Source: an uncultured Bacteroidota bacterium
Lineage (GTDB): Bacteria > Bacteroidota > Bacteroidia > Chitinophagales > Chitinophagaceae
Assembly: GCA_903910765.1 (NCBI GenBank)
Contig: CAIWBA010000291.1
Coordinates: 147,492 to 211,491, forward strand
Direction: 5' to 3'
Length of the DNA stretch: 64,000 bases
Part shown: positions 27,252 through 38,202 of the stretch, piece after piece
Layout of the letters: each line of letters starts with the position of its first letter
Numbering within the stretch: the first letter of the stretch is position 1
Position numbers and translations under genes: made by a program
The notes under the pieces: generated by a model
Told to the model about the DNA's origin: nothing
The model's input: the letters and a program-made list of their open reading frames with translations, nothing else
Databases searched by the model: none

Positions 27252-29288
27252 ATGCCAATACCTGATATTATTAATCCTACATCTGGCGGAATTCTTGCAA
27301 CGGCTGAAGCATTTGCCGGAGTTAACTATATGGAAACATTGGCAACAAAAGGAGCTACGGTTGGATTTAATCAATTAACTAACCTATTAGAACCGGATCC
27401 AGGCGCTGGTGGATTTTTACAGCATAATGTAAGTTCAATATTTAATAAGTTTTCAGTTTTTCAATATTCTGCACTTAACGCTGGATCTAGATATAGACAA
27501 GAAGGTCATTTTATTGGATTTTCAAGTAATTTAAAATCAAATGTTGAATATGAAGCAAATTCAGCTGCTCCAATGATTCTTAAAAAAGCAATTATTGAAA
27601 AAATAGCAAAAGGAAAATTAAGTACTTCTACTACTAAAGATTCAAAAAAATCACTACTTGGGGCATTAGCTGATATTGGTTCAGCTATTGGTGGACTTCA
27701 GCAACAAGCCTCTAGTTTTAAGACAAATATTGAAAATACGTTATCTAATCCAACTGGTAAGCTTTTAATAGAATGGGGCGCTAATAAATCTGCAGGATCA
27801 CCTGTTGGATTTCAACCATATTCATTAACTGATTTTATGTTTTGTAAAGATTATGGTAAAATTCCAAATAACCGATTAGTAACACTACGTCGATATCCAT
27901 TTCCAGTAGCAGATTCATTAAGGTTAGGTCAAACTGATAGAAGACGTAATGCACTACCGGTTGCACAAGCAGTTACATGGTTTGGTAGTGATACCGGTAA
28001 TTCACTAAGTAGTATTGGAGTTTTTAAATGGGATATGACATTTGAAGAAATTGCAGTTAACGAACAACTTGTTACAGGTAATGAGGTAACTCTTACAAAA
28101 TTATTAGAATTGGTAGCAGGTGCAGCTAATGGAAAAGCAGGCCAAGCAATTAAAGATACATTACTTGCAGCATATGCTGCAACGACTGGAACAGATGCGG
28201 CAAGTCAAGAAGTAAGCGGTTTTGATGAAAAGATGCAGCTATATCAAAGGAATTTATATGATTCAACGTCTGGTCCTTATTGGAATAGAATATATGGTCC
28301 GGTAAATGTGATTCATAAATCAAGTAGGCGAACTAGAGGAATGCAAAATGGAAATTGGAGTACTCCATTTACTCTAAACTTTAGATATTCATTTAGGTCA
28401 TTTAATGGTATGAGTCCAAAGATTGTAGCGCTTGACCTAATTTCAAATTTTATTAACTTAACATATAATGATGCACAATTCCTAGGTCAATTAGCCAGAT
28501 ATTTTCCAAAAACTGGATTAAAAATGAGTCCATCAACTACTGAAGCATTTGGAAAGATATTAACCAGTTGGGGAACTACCTATTCTGGTAATAACTCAGA
28601 TCAATTTAGTACAATTTTACAAAGTATGCATGATGCATTAGAGAAAGTTGGAAGTGATATTCAAAATGATACTACTAATTTAATAGGCAGAGGTCTTCAA
28701 ACTGGATTAATGTCCCCATCTGTATTAGGAAAGGCAATACCTGAACTTATTTCAGTTAAGGCAGCTCTATCTGATAGGCCGATAGGGGAATGGCATATTG
28801 TTGTAGGTAATCCACTTAATCCAATATTTGTAATGGGTGACTTAGTATGTTCATCAGTTGAGATGAAATGGGATGATGAACTTGGTCCTGATGATTTTCC
28901 TACTGGTGTTAGTTTTGCAGTAACCCTAAAACAAGGAAAACCTAGAGATAAAACTGCAATTGAAAGAATGCTAAATCTTGGAGAGACCAAATTAACAAGC
29001 GGAGCACTTAGAACATCTAGTGCAGACGATACATTTGGAGAAGCTAATAATAAAGCATGGAATGAAATTCAAGCAACTGCCGCTGGCGAAAAAGGTAATC
29101 AAACGGAAACCTTAAATAAATTCTATACCAATTTAACAGATGGTAGTAAAAAACGATATGACAGTTTTAGAAATAGATTTTTAACTGGTTATGGAATACC
29201 TGATCCGAAATCAACTAATTCAAAAATTTCAACAATTGACGATAGTTTATTATTATTTTACTATCAACGTCAATACGGACAAAACTAA
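27252..29288 (+). CDS. Probable virion baseplate/tail protein
   Basis: 678 aa, late promoter at 27221, first gene of the baseplate cluster. Confidence 0.55.
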   Translation: MPIPDIINPTSGGILATAEAFAGVNYMETLATKGATVGFNQLTNLLEPDPGAGGFLQHNVSSIFNKFSVFQYSALNAGSRYRQEGHFIGFSSNLKSNVEYEANSAAPMILKKAIIEKIAKGKLSTSTTKDSKKSLLGALADIGSAIGGLQQQASSFKTNIENTLSNPTGKLLIEWGANKSAGSPVGFQPYSLTDFMFCKDYGKIPNNRLVTLRRYPFPVADSLRLGQTDRRRNALPVAQAVTWFGSDTGNSLSSIGVFKWDMTFEEIAVNEQLVTGNEVTLTKLLELVAGAANGKAGQAIKDTLLAAYAATTGTDAASQEVSGFDEKMQLYQRNLYDSTSGPYWNRIYGPVNVIHKSSRRTRGMQNGNWSTPFTLNFRYSFRSFNGMSPKIVALDLISNFINLTYNDAQFLGQLARYFPKTGLKMSPSTTEAFGKILTSWGTTYSGNNSDQFSTILQSMHDALEKVGSDIQNDTTNLIGRGLQTGLMSPSVLGKAIPELISVKAALSDRPIGEWHIVVGNPLNPIFVMGDLVCSSVEMKWDDELGPDDFPTGVSFAVTLKQGKPRDKTAIERMLNLGETKLTSGALRTSSADDTFGEANNKAWNEIQATAAGEKGNQTETLNKFYTNLTDGSKKRYDSFRNRFLTGYGIPDPKSTNSKISTIDDSLLLFYYQRQYGQN

Positions 29289-29298
29289 TCAATATACT

Positions 29299-29898
29299 AT
29301 GCTAGATTTAAAAATATTATCAAATAAATTAAGTTTTACAAAAACAAATGGTGATACTGTGGTTGACTTAACTCGTAGAAGTGTATCATTTAAGGGAGTC
29401 TTAGTAAATCAAGGAAAGTCTTTTATTGTCGATGATGGATTACAAATGAGAGGTGATTTATTAGCAAAGGCAATATATCAAGCAAGTTCATTTTTATGTT
29501 TACTATTTAAGTATAATGGAATATCTAATCCATTTTCTTTAGACATTAATGATTTAATTAGAGCACCAGATGGAGAAGTATTATCAGGTATGTTAACTAG
29601 CCCAGATAATATTAATAACAGTAATAATAATTGGGAATCATCTACTCGTAAAAAGAAAAGAGCTGAATTAATTGCTCCAAAAACTAGACAAGATAAAACT
29701 AGACTTGAATATTTACAGCAGAATTCTAATACTCAGATCGCACCTCCTAATATAGCTAAAGACACTTCAGTAAAAGTAACAAATGGTAAAATTATATTTG
29801 GAGCTGATGTGACCTCGGTGAAAAAGGAGGATTGTCCTGATCCAATATCTAGAACTAAATTACAGGCTACCCTAATTAAAAATAAAATATTTGGTTAA
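29299..29898 (+). CDS. Baseplate wedge protein, gp53/LysM-like
   Basis: RGDLLAKAIY...LFKYNGISNPFSL; start moved to MLDL to remove the overlap. Confidence 0.7.
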   Translation: MLDLKILSNKLSFTKTNGDTVVDLTRRSVSFKGVLVNQGKSFIVDDGLQMRGDLLAKAIYQASSFLCLLFKYNGISNPFSLDINDLIRAPDGEVLSGMLTSPDNINNSNNNWESSTRKKKRAELIAPKTRQDKTRLEYLQQNSNTQIAPPNIAKDTSVKVTNGKIIFGADVTSVKKEDCPDPISRTKLQATLIKNKIFG

Positions 29899-31391
29899 TG
29901 GCAGGGGTTAAAGATTTAATAATACAAACGCTTGATCCAAAGCTTACTCCTCCAAGTATTAGTGTACTTGATCTAGAAACAGCAGGTTCAGATAATGCAA
30001 TTAGAGATCCATCTAAGGCAGGTTATGCTCAGCAGTTAGGTAAAAAATCTCCATTAATTAAAATTGGAAATTCAACTATTGCTCCACAAAATGTAATTGC
30101 AATGTCCGTATCAATGGACTCAATTATACCAACTATTCATGTAACGGTAATTGATAATATTGGAACACTAACTTCCAGAACGTATCCTAGGACCAGTTTA
30201 TTAATTACTGCATTTGTTGCACAAAGTCATCCAAAATTAAAATCATTTTCCCAGTCATTCTTAATAACAAATGTTCATTCAATACCATTAGGCTCTGGAG
30301 AAGTTCGATATGATTTCTTTGGTGAATTGTATATTCCAAATTTGAATGGGAATTTTATTAAATCATATAATGGATTAACATCAGTACAGACTCTAAAAAA
30401 GATTGCTGAAGAATTAGGATTAGGTTTTGCAACCAATGAAGATACAACTGATGATAAAATGACATGGATTAATCCAAACTTAAATTATAAATCATTTATT
30501 AAACAGGTAACCGACCATTCATATAAAAATGAAAAATCATTTTTTACCTGTTTTATTGACCGATATTATGTACTAAATTTTATTAATGTTGAAAAACAAT
30601 TTAAACAGTTTAGTGATGATAAAGAAATACCTGATGGTTATCCAGCAATATCAACTGATGTAATTGATACATCTAGGGCAGAGAATGGAAATAATAGGGA
30701 AGCCTTTGACACTACTATTAAATTAATTTTAACAAATTCTTCAACTGGTAATAGAAGTTCAGAAATGAAGATTTTAGAGTATTCAATGATTGGCGAAAAT
30801 GGCGATATTTTAAAAAGTAAAGGTTTTAGAAAAAAGATGGTTATTTATAAACATGGAGAAAATGACCCTGTTAAGAATTGGTTTGTTGAACCGTTATCTG
30901 AATCATCAGCAAATGGAGTAAGCGTATATCAAACACCAGACCTAAAAGACTATGTTGATAATAGTGTAGTTAAATGGATGGGTACTGACTATAGTAACTC
31001 TCATTCAAATTACAAATTTTCAAAATTATTAAATAGTCATAATTTAGTAGAAGCTGATAAAAATGTTCTTTCAGTTAAATTACCTGGGTTTAATCATAAT
31101 ATACTTAGAGGTAGTAGAGTTAAGGTTAATATATTCTCAAGTAGACTTCAACAAATAAGTAATGACAGAGTACGGGATGATAAGACCCCAACTGATTCTC
31201 AAAAATCAGATACTCCATCTGAAAGTAGAGCATCAGCTGAAATATTAGACACATATTTAAGCGATACCTATTATGTAAAAAGTATCACATATTATTATAA
31301 TGTTCAAGATCAGGAAAATCGGTTTACAACACACATGATTTTAAGTAGAAAAAATTGGGTACCTGAACCCAAACCTGAAATAAAACCTTAA
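29898..31391 (+). CDS. Probable baseplate hub (T4 gp27-like)
   Basis: LKKIAEELGLGF..., FFTCFIDRYYVLNFINV; lies between the gp53-like and gp5-like genes. Confidence 0.55.
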   Translation: MAGVKDLIIQTLDPKLTPPSISVLDLETAGSDNAIRDPSKAGYAQQLGKKSPLIKIGNSTIAPQNVIAMSVSMDSIIPTIHVTVIDNIGTLTSRTYPRTSLLITAFVAQSHPKLKSFSQSFLITNVHSIPLGSGEVRYDFFGELYIPNLNGNFIKSYNGLTSVQTLKKIAEELGLGFATNEDTTDDKMTWINPNLNYKSFIKQVTDHSYKNEKSFFTCFIDRYYVLNFINVEKQFKQFSDDKEIPDGYPAISTDVIDTSRAENGNNREAFDTTIKLILTNSSTGNRSSEMKILEYSMIGENGDILKSKGFRKKMVIYKHGENDPVKNWFVEPLSESSANGVSVYQTPDLKDYVDNSVVKWMGTDYSNSHSNYKFSKLLNSHNLVEADKNVLSVKLPGFNHNILRGSRVKVNIFSSRLQQISNDRVRDDKTPTDSQKSDTPSESRASAEILDTYLSDTYYVKSITYYYNVQDQENRFTTHMILSRKNWVPEPKPEIKP

Positions 31392-31393
31392 TT

Positions 31394-32629
31394 ATGGCAG
31401 TAAATTTTAACACAAATGGACCAAAACGATGGAAACAGTTCGTAAAAAGTTCGCTTAATGATATACAGGATCCAACGTTTCTAACGTTTGACCTAAATTT
31501 CAATCCTGAAGCTTTTCCACAAACTGCACAAAATGATGGTCTATTTTGGGATTGCTTGTTTAAAGAACCAAGTAAGGATAGTGAAGTAAGTGAATATGCT
31601 ACTAGCGTTGAGTGGTCAGCCTTTGACTGGTTATATGCATATGGTTCTCCATGGACAAGAAAAAATTGTAAGTATATAGCTGAAGCTAAAATCTTATTAA
31701 CTCAATTACAGGAGAGCCCATGGTATTTTCAATCAATTATAGGTGTTGACCAATTATGGAAAGCTGCAAGTAGAGTAAAGGAAGGTGATAAAAAAGTTGA
31801 ACTTACTATAAACTGTCTTGACTCAATACAACAACCTCTACTTAGATTTGCAGAAGCATATCGTAGAGCAATCTATGATTTTGATAGGTTGTGTTATAAC
31901 CTACCAGATAATCTTAGAACGTTTGATATGACAATTACCCTATTTGAAATTAGGGATATTAATGATAGATCTGGAAATTTAGAAGATGGGTTACACCAAT
32001 TAAAATATAGACTACAACGTTGTGAGTTTGATTTTTCAGATATATTGAGTGGCCCAAGTAACACTGAATTTACTGCATATACTCAAGAAAAACCATTTAG
32101 CACATCATTTAAAATCCGAGCGGCTTGGGTAATTGAAGAATCAGAGTCCTCTACTGAATCAGATTATCAATCATTAGGTATTTTTTCAGGATTAGCAAGT
32201 TCGCTTGAAGGTCGAGCTCAAAGATTTTTACAAAGTGCAGCAAGACTTCCAGCTAGAATACTTGGAGATATTTCAAATCAACTTCAAACTAAACTTGAAA
32301 CCGCATTAAACGAAAATGTGTATAATAGAACTACTGAAGTACTTGGAACAAATCAAATATTTGGTAGAACTTCGCCAGTTGGACCAGGTGGAACCTATAA
32401 TTTACAAGATGATGTTTATCCTGGAGAGTCAGTGGTAGTACCAGTTGGAAATGGAGATTTAGGAGATATTTACCAACGAGTAGCTAGTGAACCACCAGTT
32501 AAAGATGGAGATTTAGGAGATGCTTATATTGACACTATACCACCAAGAGGCGGAGGAGCATTAGGCGATGTTTATACAGATGATACGCCAACTGCGACAG
32601 TTGGAGATTTAGGAGATGTTTATCCATAA
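31394..32629 (+). CDS. Probable baseplate/tail-tube initiator protein with C-terminal GDLGDxY repeats
   Basis: Baseplate cluster; tube-like beta pattern; repeats at the C-terminus. Confidence 0.5.
   Translation: MAVNFNTNGPKRWKQFVKSSLNDIQDPTFLTFDLNFNPEAFPQTAQNDGLFWDCLFKEPSKDSEVSEYATSVEWSAFDWLYAYGSPWTRKNCKYIAEAKILLTQLQESPWYFQSIIGVDQLWKAASRVKEGDKKVELTINCLDSIQQPLLRFAEAYRRAIYDFDRLCYNLPDNLRTFDMTITLFEIRDINDRSGNLEDGLHQLKYRLQRCEFDFSDILSGPSNTEFTAYTQEKPFSTSFKIRAAWVIEESESSTESDYQSLGIFSGLASSLEGRAQRFLQSAARLPARILGDISNQLQTKLETALNENVYNRTTEVLGTNQIFGRTSPVGPGGTYNLQDDVYPGESVVVPVGNGDLGDIYQRVASEPPVKDGDLGDAYIDTIPPRGGGALGDVYTDDTPTATVGDLGDVYP
32453..32626 (+). repeat. Four G[DA]LGDxY peptide repeats
   Basis: GGAGATTTAGGAGAT at 32453, 32507 and 32603; variant at 32555. 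Confidence 0.8.
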
Positions 32630-32644
32630 AAGTTAAAAGAATAG

Positions 32645-33448
32645 ATGATAGGACCAAACCATGATATAGACAAAGATCCAACTGGATCAGATAACTTAAC
32701 CACCAAATTTCTTGGTGAAGTAGTTGATGTTACTGATCCATTGCGTGAGGGTCGTTGTAAAGTAAGAGTATTTAGTATTTTTGATACATTGCCAACTGAA
32801 GATATTCCATGGGCAATCCAGTCTCAAAAACCTGCATTTTTTGGACAAGATGCAAAGGCTGGATCAATTTCAATTCCAAAGAAGGGAGCAATTGTTAATG
32901 TCAGATTTAATAATGGTGACTTGTATTCTCCTGAATATGAACAAGTTCAAGAAATTGGAGATGATATTAAAGAAGAACTTAAGAAGAGTACAGCGTATGA
33001 ATATGAAGGAGCTCACTATATCCTATTTGATGGAGATGAACAAATTAAATTTTGGTTTAATAAAGGTCGAGGCCTAACCCTTGAAATGAAGGACTCGTAT
33101 CTAAATATTGATCAAAATTCAAAAATTGAACTTTATCATAAGGACGGACTCTCTTCAGTTGAATTAGATGGAAATGTTATTACCGTAATGAGCCAATCTC
33201 AGGTTAATGTAATTTCAAATTCAATTAAAACCAGTGCACAAAGTGTACATATTGATGGTAAAACTACCAGAGTTGGATCATCTAAAATTGTTGAAAGTGC
33301 AGTAATGGGAGATACCTTATATGCTGCTCTATATGGATTAGCTGCAATGATTGATGCAAAAATGCCTTCAACTCCAAGTGCAGCACAACAATATATTGCA
33401 AATATGAGAGATGATATGCTCTCTGAGACTGTATCAATTGGTCATTAA
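32645..33448 (+). CDS. Baseplate central spike (gp5/VgrG OB-fold)
   Basis: GEVVDVTDPLREGRCKVRVF, LPTEDIPWA, SIPKKGAIVNVRF..GD, followed by beta-repeat region. Confidence 0.85.
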   Translation: MIGPNHDIDKDPTGSDNLTTKFLGEVVDVTDPLREGRCKVRVFSIFDTLPTEDIPWAIQSQKPAFFGQDAKAGSISIPKKGAIVNVRFNNGDLYSPEYEQVQEIGDDIKEELKKSTAYEYEGAHYILFDGDEQIKFWFNKGRGLTLEMKDSYLNIDQNSKIELYHKDGLSSVELDGNVITVMSQSQVNVISNSIKTSAQSVHIDGKTTRVGSSKIVESAVMGDTLYAALYGLAAMIDAKMPSTPSAAQQYIANMRDDMLSETVSIGH

Positions 33449-33473
33449 ACTTATCCTAATTAATTAGTATTAG
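33447..33473 (+). promoter_or_regulatory. Early/middle promoter motif AAAC-N17-TATTAG
   Basis: Upstream of dnaJ. Confidence 0.5.
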
Positions 33474-33496
33474 ATACTAAATTAACTTTCACATTT

Positions 33497-34402
33497 TTGA
33501 AAAATCATTATGAAACCCTTGGTATTGCAGAAGATGCAACTCAAGCAGATATAAAAAAGGCTTACCGAAAGCTTGCAACTAAATATCATCCAGATAAAAA
33601 TAATGGTAGTGCTGAAGCTGAGAGTAAATTTAAAGAGGTTGCTGAGGCATATGAAACCGTAGGTAATGATGATAAGCGAAAAGCATATGACAATTCTAGA
33701 AAATTTAGAGGAGCACCAAATGCAGATTTCTTTGGAAATTTTGGATCATTTAGAGATTTTTCATTTGGAGGAAGACCTCATGACCTTAGACACTTAACTA
33801 TTGTTGTTGACAAATGGGCAACAATTAAGGAGTTAATGGAAGGTTCAACATTTGATATTCAGTATGTTGTAACTAAAACAGAGTCAGGTTCTACAACCTC
33901 TGATAATAAGCAAGTGAAGGTTAAAATTGACTTATCAAATGAAATTTATCCAATTTCAATAGAGAATGGAAGATATTCAATTACATTAAAGGTTAGAGGA
34001 GGAGGATCCAGTCAACTAGTTGAAGAATCTGATTTTTTTGGTAAAAAAAGAAATGGATTAATTTCAGGAGACTTAGTAGTTCGAATAAACATTGATATGA
34101 TGGGACTTTCACTAGAACAAAGTGACATTATTCAAAACTTTGAGCTTAGTTTACATGATATATTATTCACTGAAGAAGTTATACTGGAAAGCCCAATGGG
34201 CAAAAAGTATCGTATTAAAGCAGTTAATCGAGATACACTAAGCGATATTTCGGTTAAGATACCAAATCAAGGACTGCTCTCTGCCTTTGGTAATAAAGGA
34301 AACTATATTTTTAAAATATTGGTTAAAAAGCCAAATTTTTCAAACATTAGTGAAGAAAACTTACAAATTTTAAAAGACTTGCTGATTGACGTTAATAAAT
34401 AA
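33497..34402 (+). CDS. dnaJ: DnaJ-family co-chaperone (J domain plus C-terminal domain, no Zn finger)
   Basis: [29 protein letters not shown]; TTG start. Confidence 0.88.
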   Translation: MKNHYETLGIAEDATQADIKKAYRKLATKYHPDKNNGSAEAESKFKEVAEAYETVGNDDKRKAYDNSRKFRGAPNADFFGNFGSFRDFSFGGRPHDLRHLTIVVDKWATIKELMEGSTFDIQYVVTKTESGSTTSDNKQVKVKIDLSNEIYPISIENGRYSITLKVRGGGSSQLVEESDFFGKKRNGLISGDLVVRINIDMMGLSLEQSDIIQNFELSLHDILFTEEVILESPMGKKYRIKAVNRDTLSDISVKIPNQGLLSAFGNKGNYIFKILVKKPNFSNISEENLQILKDLLIDVNK

Positions 34403-34441
34403 TGTTAGTACAGCCTTCCTAGAGTAATAGGAATTGGCTCG

Positions 34442-34449
34442 TATAAATA
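34442..34449 (+). promoter_or_regulatory. T4-type late promoter TATAAATA
   Basis: Exact T4 late consensus upstream of the protease/scaffold and capsid genes. Confidence 0.75.
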
Positions 34450-34469
34450 ATCAAAAAAGTCTTACTAAG

Positions 34470-36452
34470 TTGACTAATACTAACATTAAAAGTTTAAACC
34501 AACCTACTTCTCTAGATAATTCAGTGTTTATCATTGAACACCTAAATGAAGCAGTTACGGTAACTCAAGAGAACAACGATACTATTCTTGAGGGTACGGC
34601 AGCAGTTTTCGGAGTAATGAACGAAAACAATCGTATTTACGAAAAACAAGAATACTTACCTCATTTAACTTACTTAAATGAGAAGATCAAACAGCGTAGA
34701 CTATTTGGTGAATTAGATCATCCACAAAAATTTGATGTTTCATTAGCTAATGTATCCCATGTAATTTTGGGACTTACTTATGACGAACCAAGTAATAGCG
34801 TAAAAATTAGACTACAGTTATTAGATACACCATGTGGTAGAATTGCAAAAACTTTAGTTTTAGCAGGTTGTACTACTTCAATTTCTTCAAGAGCTGCAGG
34901 TAATGTTGATAAAGACGGAAAAGTTAAATTAGCAAAAATATTTACCTATGATTTAGTAGCAGAACCAGGTTTTGCACAAGCTGCTCTTGGTCAAGTATCT
35001 GAAAGTTTACAAAATAACTATTCATCAATATTTGAATCGTTAGACTCTTTAAGAACTACCGCAATTACTACTAAATTAACAGATATTTCTGAGAACTTCA
35101 GCTTCGAGGATTCTGTGAAGATTTACCGAATAAATAATCAAGAAATACCAACTAAACAAAATAATACACAGCAAATGGCTAATGAGTTTGTAACAAAAGA
35201 AGAAATGAATCAGTACTCTGAACTGGTTAAAAAGAAATTTTCTTCTCTACAAGAGAATATCTCTAAAAACAATAAAGGTCTTCAAAAGATCAGCGAAAAT
35301 GTAACAGAGGGAGAATCTCCAGTTGTTACTAAAATGGTAGAATATGTTAACTACTTAGCTGGTGAAATGGAGCAGTTAGTTGAATACTCTAACTACCTTT
35401 CAACTATGTTAAATCAAAGTGTTAATTACACTGAACATGTTGCAGAAAAAGTAAATACCGTAATTGACTATTCTGACTACTTAGCAGAAAAAGTAGAAAA
35501 GACTATTGACTATTCTGGATATTTAGGAGAAAAACTTAATGAAAACATTAACTACTCTGAATATCTTGCTGAAAACGTAGAAAAAACAGTTGAATATGCT
35601 AACTATATTGCAGAAAATGTAGATAATTCAATTCAATATACTGAATATGTTGCTGAAAATGCAGAAAGAGGAATTGAATTTTCAAATTACTTAGCTGAAA
35701 ACTTAGATACATCTATTAAATACTCTAACTATTTAGGACAAAACCTTAATGAAGGTATTAAATATACTGAATATGTTGCTGAATCAATAAATGAAAAAAT
35801 CACTCCATCTGCTTTAACTAAAACTCGTTCTTTACTTGGAGAAGTTAAAAAATTAAATGAAGGCGTAGAATTTGAAATTAATGAAACTTCTTCAGTTGAT
35901 GATTTAGTTGGAGCAGTTGATGGTATCTTAACTCATATTAAATCAAATTCAGCTAAGTCAATCTTAGAAAATAAGTATCCATTCTTAAAGTTATTAAACG
36001 AAGGTCGTAAGCAAGCATTCTATAATTTAGATCAGCCTACTAAATCTGCAATTGTTGAAACAATGCAAGGAGCTATCTACTTTAATGAAGGTGAAGTAGT
36101 TAATATTATGGAAGCAGTTCTTAACAAACAAGTTGAAAATACTCCTAACTATATTAAACTTATGCCAGCTACATATAAATCATTATATGAAAGTATGACT
36201 GACGGCGAAAAGAACTGGATGTCTTCTCAAGCTAATAACTTTACTCTAAATACTTCTTATCAAGTTAAATCATTCTGGGATTCTCGCGATTTTAGAGGAA
36301 TTAATGAAAGAATTGCAACTGAAACAGTTATAAATAATAATTCTATTAACGAAAACCAAGGTAAAGAAGGTTATGTATCGTTAAAACAAATAAATGAAAG
36401 TCTACGTGGTTATTCAAATAACTATATGGACGCTCTTAAAAGAAGAGCATAA
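34470..36452 (+). CDS. gp21: Prohead protease (gp21-like) fused to scaffold (gp22-like)
   Basis: N-terminal NENNRIY, GELDHP, VSHVI, LLDTPCG, ISSRAAG, YDLVAEPGF; C-terminal coiled-coil repeats; start placed at TTG 34470 because the track start (34434) lies upstream of the late promoter. Confidence 0.88.
   Translation: MTNTNIKSLNQPTSLDNSVFIIEHLNEAVTVTQENNDTILEGTAAVFGVMNENNRIYEKQEYLPHLTYLNEKIKQRRLFGELDHPQKFDVSLANVSHVILGLTYDEPSNSVKIRLQLLDTPCGRIAKTLVLAGCTTSISSRAAGNVDKDGKVKLAKIFTYDLVAEPGFAQAALGQVSESLQNNYSSIFESLDSLRTTAITTKLTDISENFSFEDSVKIYRINNQEIPTKQNNTQQMANEFVTKEEMNQYSELVKKKFSSLQENISKNNKGLQKISENVTEGESPVVTKMVEYVNYLAGEMEQLVEYSNYLSTMLNQSVNYTEHVAEKVNTVIDYSDYLAEKVEKTIDYSGYLGEKLNENINYSEYLAENVEKTVEYANYIAENVDNSIQYTEYVAENAERGIEFSNYLAENLDTSIKYSNYLGQNLNEGIKYTEYVAESINEKITPSALTKTRSLLGEVKKLNEGVEFEINETSSVDDLVGAVDGILTHIKSNSAKSILENKYPFLKLLNEGRKQAFYNLDQPTKSAIVETMQGAIYFNEGEVVNIMEAVLNKQVENTPNYIKLMPATYKSLYESMTDGEKNWMSSQANNFTLNTSYQVKSFWDSRDFRGINERIATETVINNNSINENQGKEGYVSLKQINESLRGYSNNYMDALKRRA
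35340..35801 (+). repeat. Eleven tandem 14-aa repeats in the scaffold domain
   Basis: Units such as DYSDYLAEKVEKTI, NYSEYLAENVEKTV, QYTEYVAENAERGI. Confidence 0.9.
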
Positions 36453-36476
36453 TACTAAAAAAACATTTTTTAAAAA

Positions 36477-38177
36477 ATGGCAACAAAAATTTTCAAAAAA
36501 TTGAACGACGCTTCAATTAAAGAAACTTGGACTCCAGTTTTAGAAGGATATGGTGCAAACGTTACAGCTCGACCTTGGTTAGTTGACTACGCTCACAATC
36601 ATGCTATCTTCGATAACGCAGGTTCAATTAACGAATCAAACACAGGAGTAGCTCCAGGTTTATTCTTACAACAACCAGGTTCTATTAGTTCTATGGGTGC
36701 AATTAGTTCTCCAACGAGTTCTATGACTCCATTCTCTGCTGGTGCTAAAAATGGTTACGGTGCTTCTGTATCTGGTTCTGGTGATAAATTCCCAAGCCTT
36801 TTACCAGTTGCTATCCAAGTAGCTGCTAAAACTATTGGTTTTGACCTAGTTGGTGTAGTTCCTATGGATTCTCCAGTAGGTTTTTTACCTTACTTAGATT
36901 ACGTATACCAAGGTGGTAATGTTGATAAACAATACGAACCATATTTAATCAAAATCACAGGTTTATTAGAAAACCCATCTGGTGGTGCTAAATTCACAGT
37001 AGCAACTCTTCCATTCGTAGAAGGTTCTAACTATGGTGTAAATGAGTCAAACACTGACTTAATTTTACAATTTGTTGGTAAATCTCGTGTTGACGGTTCT
37101 CCAATCTTCAAAGTTATCCTATCTCATGATGGTGGTACTCTTGCTGATTACTTTGCAGTTGACGTTGATATTCAACCAGCAACTGCAACTGACGTGTCAG
37201 GTTCTGCAGTAGCAACTTACCGTATTGCTGATAACAAAGTTGAATTAGTTTCTGCTTTAGAAAACCATATTTCTGGTTTTACTTCAGTATCTGACGCTGA
37301 CTACGCTACATCTGACTTCAACGGTCCTTATATGGGATCTACTGGAACTCAAATGGAAGGTATGACTCGTGCAACTGCTGAAGGTTCTAAATTCCGTCAA
37401 ATGGGTCTTCGTATGTTCACTAAGTTCATTGAAGCAAAAGGAGATCAAATTTCTATTTCAGCAACTGTTGAACAAATCCAAGATCTTAACAGAGTTTGGA
37501 ACTTTGACGTAATCTCTATGTTAGAGAACGTAGCAGTTAATGAATTAGCTCAATCTATTAACAAGAAATTAGTTGATAGAGTTCTTAATTTAGGAGCTAC
37601 TCACGCAACTGCAGTTAATGCAATTGAAGGTGCAGGAATCACTACATTAGACTTAACAGTTGGAACAACTGGATTTGAGAATATCTCAACTTTACAACGT
37701 CGTGTTGTAACTAAAATCCTTGAAATGGCTAACTTAATTTACCACAGAGGTCGCTTTGGTGCAGGTACATATATCGTTACTAACGGTCGTGTTGCTTCTG
37801 CTTTAGCTGATGTAGCTGGATATTCATTTGCTCCATTTAACAATGATTTACCATCTACTGCTGGTCAATTATATCCTGCTGGTAAAGTACACGGTTTAAC
37901 AATTTATGTTGATCCTAACTTGAAATTCAGCGATAACCGTATCCACATCGGCCGTAAAGGTGCAGATGAAGAGCCAGGTGTTAAATTCCTTCCATATATC
38001 ATGGCAGAGAGTCTTCAAACAATTGCAGAGGGAACATTCTCTCCAAAAATTGGTATGAAATCTCGTTATGCTATTACAGAAGCTGGATGGCACCCAGAAA
38101 CTCAATACATTACTTTAGCTGTAAATGGCTTAGGCGTATTGACTGGATCAGTAGCTCCTGCTGCTTCTTATTCTTAG
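36477..38177 (+). CDS. gp23: Major capsid protein (T4 gp23-like)
   Basis: ETWTPVLE, VPMDSPVG, QDLN, NELAQSINK, RGRFGAG, YVDP, PYI, KIGMKSRYAI. Confidence 0.92.
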   Translation: MATKIFKKLNDASIKETWTPVLEGYGANVTARPWLVDYAHNHAIFDNAGSINESNTGVAPGLFLQQPGSISSMGAISSPTSSMTPFSAGAKNGYGASVSGSGDKFPSLLPVAIQVAAKTIGFDLVGVVPMDSPVGFLPYLDYVYQGGNVDKQYEPYLIKITGLLENPSGGAKFTVATLPFVEGSNYGVNESNTDLILQFVGKSRVDGSPIFKVILSHDGGTLADYFAVDVDIQPATATDVSGSAVATYRIADNKVELVSALENHISGFTSVSDADYATSDFNGPYMGSTGTQMEGMTRATAEGSKFRQMGLRMFTKFIEAKGDQISISATVEQIQDLNRVWNFDVISMLENVAVNELAQSINKKLVDRVLNLGATHATAVNAIEGAGITTLDLTVGTTGFENISTLQRRVVTKILEMANLIYHRGRFGAGTYIVTNGRVASALADVAGYSFAPFNNDLPSTAGQLYPAGKVHGLTIYVDPNLKFSDNRIHIGRKGADEEPGVKFLPYIMAESLQTIAEGTFSPKIGMKSRYAITEAGWHPETQYITLAVNGLGVLTGSVAPAASYS

Positions 38178-38202
38178 TAGTAAGATTTAATAAGCAAATA
38201 TC

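Noticed and set aside
29191-29298. Long overlap of the gp53-like ORF with the upstream gene
   Set aside because: A downstream ATG at 29299 removes the overlap; no evidence for true overprinting.
35340-35801. Regular 42-nt periodicity as a possible CRISPR array
   Set aside because: Degenerate in-frame peptide repeats with no repeat-spacer structure.
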